Shown piece after piece: positions 58,601-64,000 of a DNA stretch of 64,000 bases (position 1 is its first letter; every line of letters begins with the position of its first letter). The DNA is taken from NCBI GenBank assembly GCA_965655095.1, contig OZ296651.1, forward strand, positions 53,754,001 to 53,818,000. Reading direction: 5' to 3'. A program made the position numbers and the translations under genes. The notes under the pieces were generated by a model. It had not been told where the DNA came from. It did no database searches and saw nothing but the letters and a program-made list of their open reading frames with translations. Source of the stretch: Haplodiscus bocki (lineage: Eukaryota).

Positions 58601-61600
58601 GGGTTTCTTTTCATTGTGGACTTCATATTGGAATGATCCAATTGTCCCGAAACTCACTCAGCTCAAATATAAAGTTATGAAGAACTCAGAAAAAAATGAT
58701 GAGGTTATTCCAACGAGGAAGAAATTTTGATTTAAGCAATGTTAAAAATATCTCCAAGGTCAAGGTAGTCGGTCTTCCCAGAGCTCCAAAACCTAACAAG
58801 CGGAGTACAGTTCTTACAACTCGATGGTGAACAAAAACAATTCAAGTGTTTTATTTGACGAGAATAACTCAAAATGAAGCTGTATCGGGTGGTACCAACG
58901 AAAACACTTCTACGGAGGCTCTATGTACTGGAATTCGGACACTTTTGGTTGGATTGTAGCAAGTGCTGGGTTATTTGTCCAGGTCTCAAGGACTCCAAAA
59001 AATTGACCAATTTAAGGTTTCAAGTGCAGACTGCCACACAGAAACTTTCATTCTCCGAGTTGAGTATTGTTAGCCTGCACCATATTGATTACCTGCGCAC
59101 GTGCTCTGGTTTTTTCTGATTCTACTGAAGGCAACTCATGGGCCAGAAAAGATCGAAAGCATACCATAAATGTGTAAATATTAACCCACAGGGAAAAGCT
59201 TTTGGTCGCAGGTTTGCGGAATTCAACTCGCCAACCGTGTCCACTCGTTTTGTGATTTCAACCCAATGATATAATTTTTATCAAACAAAATTTGTGGAAA
59301 ATTTGTCAAGAAGGAAATTTTTAGCCTGGGAAATGACACGTGAGCGGACAATGTTGAGCTGACTTGAGCTCCAAGCGCAGATTGGTGATCTCAGTAATGG
59401 GGTAATGGGGCAGTTGTGGTCATGAAAGACTTCGTTTCGAAAGCATACCTTGTGTTGGAAGTTTTTAAACTTTTTTCCAGCAGCTAGCGTCAGTGAGCGA
59501 AAATTACAGCCAGCAAGAAATTTGTCTTTAGCCTGGGTTTACGTAGCCAAATTTCTATCCAAACCAAAGGGTTTGATGTTGCCGATGCCCAATGATGTTG
59601 CGGAGCTTCACACGAAAGAGTTGAAGTTTCACTGAAAATGAGGCTATCCAAATTTCCCAAAATGCGTGAAATTTCTCCCAATCTGGACGAAAAGAGCTGA
59701 AAATTGGCCTCTTAGCTCAAAAAAAGACTCTGATTCAGAATCTGAGCTCTGAAATACAAAATTTTAATGGAGAAAATTTTTCGGTGCCGACATCTTCTTC
59801 CGGCTGGTCAGATCTTCAAAATCATTTAATTTTGCATATCTTCGACTGCAAGTTCCTCACGACAGTTTATTGGTGGTCCGCTGAAACAATATCAACGCTC
59901 CAATGAGTCCCAGTTTTTTTCTCTGATCTGTTGTGAGATTGTTCTGTTTCAAATAAATGTTTCTGATCAGGATAGTTTTGGTTGCTTTTGAACCTTACCG
60001 AGTTTTTGAAGGCATTGTTTGGGCTGGGTTTAGAATATTACCAATTGCAAGGGTAGCAAAAGCCTCGAAACAAGCAGATATATTCTCTGCGACGTCGTGT
60101 CCTCGATTATGAACGCAAATTTTTGACTGAAAAAAAACGGGCAAAAAATTGAAAATCAGTTTCTTTTAGAAAAACTTAGTCAGAAAATGAGTTTTTCAGG
60201 GTTTTTTTGAGGTTTTGTTACCGTTATAGAGTGTGGATTGGTCCACCGCAGGAGGTTTTTGGGAACATGTGAGACAGCGGAGGGTTTCTGCAAAAAATTC
60301 ACTGAGATCTTCTCTTCTTCATCCTTCAGCTGATTTTTCAATTTCACGGTTTTGCCGTGATTTCTGCTTTCCTTCCTTCGTCTGGTGGCTTCAAGCCCGC
60401 AAATTGTATCAAGACAATTGACAAGAGTGAGCATTGCCCCTTATTTGAGTAGTACCTATGGTTCTAAGCACTATATTATACACACAGCTCATGAAACCTA
60501 AAACTTTCCACAGCCACTCCACGATTGATTTTCTCCCAGATTGGGGAAAATCAGAAAGTAATAGAGTGTTCCCCAATAACCCAATAAGTTGCGGTATTGT
60601 TACCGTTCAGAGAAACTCTATGAAATAGTAGCCCATGGACTGGAAATATTAGCGACAAAGTGAGAGGATGCTCACTGGGAACGATGTCATGGTAAAGCTG
60701 GAGTTGGCAAATTTGGTTGATTTTGGGGTCTTTTGGGATTTTTGGGCCATGCTTGTGATGCAAATTCTAATAAATAAAGGAAAGGGTTCAAATGAATCTG
60801 AACGCTATTTGGATTAGAAAATATTAATATCACAAAACTAGCGTTGAAAAATAATGAAAATATTATAGAAACTATCAATTTTAACGCATGGGGACAATCT
60901 AGAGTGTTTTTCTATCGTCAGGACCTAGAGAATCCAACAGACACGTTCCCAGTCGCCAGGTAGTTTATTTTAAAGGCCTAAATCTATAAAAATTACTCCT
61001 CAGAAAAATGCGCTTTTTGTTAACAGAAAGTGAACATGACTGGATTTTTGAACGTTTCCAACGAAGACCTTCTTGCATTCTGTCTCGCTCTTACTCGTAT
61101 CAATTGTGAAACAAAGAAGCGAAGTTTGTATGCTCACAACGTCAAGAAAGTGCCAAAAAGACGACTTCGATTTTTTAAACCAAAATGCAACAGCCAAGAG
61201 TCCAAAATCAGCGTAACCGAAAGGTTGCTTTTATATGACCTACGCTAAGTAAACTAAGATAGGCCTAATAACTTTCCAATTAAATCTCTGCCCTACTCTC
61301 GGTGAATTTAAGAACTAAAGTCGAGAATGTGGAAACAGATGCAAAGAAGACATTTCCAGTCCAGTAGCTTCGCTGTTATTCATGACAAAGCATTTCATAG
61401 TTCCTCCATTTTCGTGCTTTTTTTCTCGCTTCAGGTAGCAACTATGCACAGGAATTTTTTCCACGTTCTGTGCCAACTATCTCCGCCATTGCTTGTCCTA
61501 GCCATGAGGTGCACAAAAAACGTTTCAGAAGTGCAGCGTCCAGTTTTTGAAATATTATCAAATATCAATATCAATCATCGGTGTGACTTCGGGGTGAATC

Positions 61601-64000
61601 ATTTTTCACTCCACCCATTTTCAACTCAGTATGGGACTTTCATAACTTCGAAGAATCCGTCCCGAGAGTTCGCAGCACGGTAATTAGAGCCTTCATAATC
61701 AAAAAACATATTGTTATTCAAGTTTGATGGCTAACTGGTACCGGGTTTGAAAACCCTCTACAAGCCCCTTTCTTATACTTTTCCGGATGTTTGTTCTACA
61801 CTTTTCGACAATTTTCCTTGCAAAAAATTGGGCGTTTTTGATACTAATAGATTTTTGAAAGATTGGTTTTTTCTTCTCTATAGTTGTTTTTTTTCCATGG
61901 TAATATTTAAAAAAAGCTTTTTCCGAAATGTTTTCAGTAAAATTCTTGAAAAAATTCGACTGTCCGAAAAAACCAAGGTTTTTTCGAAGAAAAGGTTTTT
62001 TCGATGAAATAAAAACAGTTTGAAAAACTTGAATAATTTTCCTGATTCTCAATGTTTGGTTTTTGTCATTGCTGGTTCTTTCAGGCCTTTAAAAAACACG
62101 AAAATGAATCCGAAAATGTTTTTGTGGATAATTTCTTGCTGCAACTCCCATAGTGCGTGAAAACCGTAAAAAAAGCAACAATTTAAGTTTTTCTGGCTTT
62201 CATCCAACAGGTTCTCTTCAAACATACATTTTTTCAATGATTACCTTCTTCTTTCTTTTGCTTGAAAATCTGAAAGGCCTACAGTCCCGAATCCGCTACC
62301 AAAAATGATTTTTAGCGATGATAAAACTCATTTTTTATCGCGACCCACCTTCTAAATTGATTTCATTGACATCTCAGATGACATCTTGACTTGAGAAAAA
62401 AAACGTTTTGAGAACAATATTCCTTCCCTTTTCGAAAATTGATAGGGCGAAAATGCCAAGAAGTGCGATTAGTGATGATTTTTCGGGATTTTCAGACTGT
62501 TGTTTCTCAAAAATTAAAAGCTGGCTTTCTTACGCTGATGAATCAGCTGACATTTTGTAAGAGATAGTCAAACAGTAGTATCATTAATTTTGTTCCGCGC
62601 ATCGGAAATTGATTGGCCGAAATTTCTAAAACGATGTAAATGTAAGGCTCCTTAACGATATTCATACTCCATTATCTCCAAAAACAATCGTTGGATTTCT
62701 TCCATCATTGTTCAAATCGACTGCTTTTGACTTTGAGATGAGTTATAACTAACATTTATTTAAATTTTTTGGCAATGGTAGGCTGGAAATACCAAAACGT
62801 TAAATTGGTGGAGAATTTCTCCAGTATTTCCTTTTTCCGAAGAGAACAATGAAGTTCTCCCTCCAGAGCGAAATCAAGTTACAACTTTCTATCTGTGAAA
62901 GTCTTTTAAGGGATTGAAGCTCCTGTTTTGTCCTTTCCTATGAAATCTGGTAGTCCAGAAATGCCAAAAACTGCACTAGTAATGACTTCTTTCGCTAATA
63001 AAAACCATCTTTCTTAACACTTCTGACCTGACATCTTCAATCAGCCTCTTTGGACAGCTTTCTGTTTTAAAGTGCAGTTAGATAATATTGCGAAGGTTGT
63101 TTTTGGCATATGAAACTTTTTTTCCCTGTAGATACTCAAAAGTGCGATTGATGCTGATTCTTCTCGATATGCAAAATTAGTTTTCTGCAACACTACCTAT
63201 TGGGTTTCTTCCAACGAGCTCTCTACCACCAATTGTTTGTAACAGTTTGTTAGATTATTATACTTTCGGTTTTATTACTCGCATTGAAAAACTAATGGTC
63301 TGAAACTGCCAAAAAAGCAATTGGTTTTGTTTTTTTTTCATAATTGTGTTGCTCCCAAAGTTTTGTATCTCTTTCAAAACTATTCGGTGCGTTTTTGATC
63401 AATCATTCCCGTCCCCATGTTGATGTAAAAGATCGCATTGCGGCCTCTGCAGTTTTTGTTTCGATTATAGCATCGATAATGAATGTTTCTAATGTCCTAT
63501 GGACAGGGGTATATATTTTAAGGACCACTCACATAAGACGCTTCAAGTTATTGTGAAAGATCCTAGTCAAGTTTTTTGAACAAGGTTCATTTCTTTCAGC
63601 CCGTTGTGAAATTTACGAAGTCAACGATCAGCGATCTGCCCTTAGTCAATGTACGATTGAACGCAGGAGAAAATCCTTTCGTTTTGAAGCGAATGTTTGG
63701 AATACTTTTCAACTCCTCATTTTTTTTTGCTGCTTGTCTTCTCAATTGTTTGAACAACTCTCTAACGATCGTTCAAAGATAGTGTAAGTACATCTTTTTA
63801 TCATTTAGTCTACGTGATAATGAAACCATTGTCTTTTGACAGCCCTGGCAATGTCTTTTGAGCCTTTCTGATTTTTTTTCAAGGCGACTTCTGTTTGATA
63901 AATGGAAAACATTCATTTATGCTGGTGGTCCGATTTATAGGGACTACAAGTAGCAAAGAGGTTCAACAAAGAAGTTCTAGTACAATAATATTTACGTTGT

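Noticed and set aside
59100-64000. Short ORFs in the AT-rich tail of the window
   Set aside because: No recognisable domain, splice pattern or repeat termini; probably decayed repeat or intronic DNA

Overview
Eukaryotic, AT-rich, transposon-dominated DNA with short GT-AG introns, most consistent with an invertebrate animal; no prokaryotic features. The first 29 kb holds two unusually gene-rich Ty3/Gypsy LTR retroelements. Element A (1-~12275, 5' end outside the window) is retrovirus-like. Its decayed pol has a TARG1/OARD1-type macrodomain between protease and RT. It also carries a spliced antisense mini-gene driven by a TATA/Inr promoter next to a 12 x 16-bp SOX-type motif array, arrays of RNA hairpins with a fixed loop, a truncated env-like glycoprotein, and an intact coiled-coil + MATH (RING-less TRAF) ORF just upstream of the 3' LTR. 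Element B (14733-27860; near-identical LTRs, CTAGT target-site duplication) is a young, gag/protease-deleted copy nested inside an older inverted LTR of its own family. It carries an apparently intact 9-exon, 1205-aa antisense gene with a BED-like zinc finger, a divergently transcribed ORF with SUMO-interacting-like motifs, and many 11-bp-spaced T(A/C)CGGA dimers in its non-coding parts; this layout suggests a sequence-specific anti-silencing system (inference). The rest is mostly decayed repeats: solo LTRs, Helentron/DINE-like elements carrying tRNA-derived heads, a hAT remnant and a decayed pol, plus one probable host C-type-lectin terminal exon. All domain calls are by-eye motif recognition; no database searches were run.
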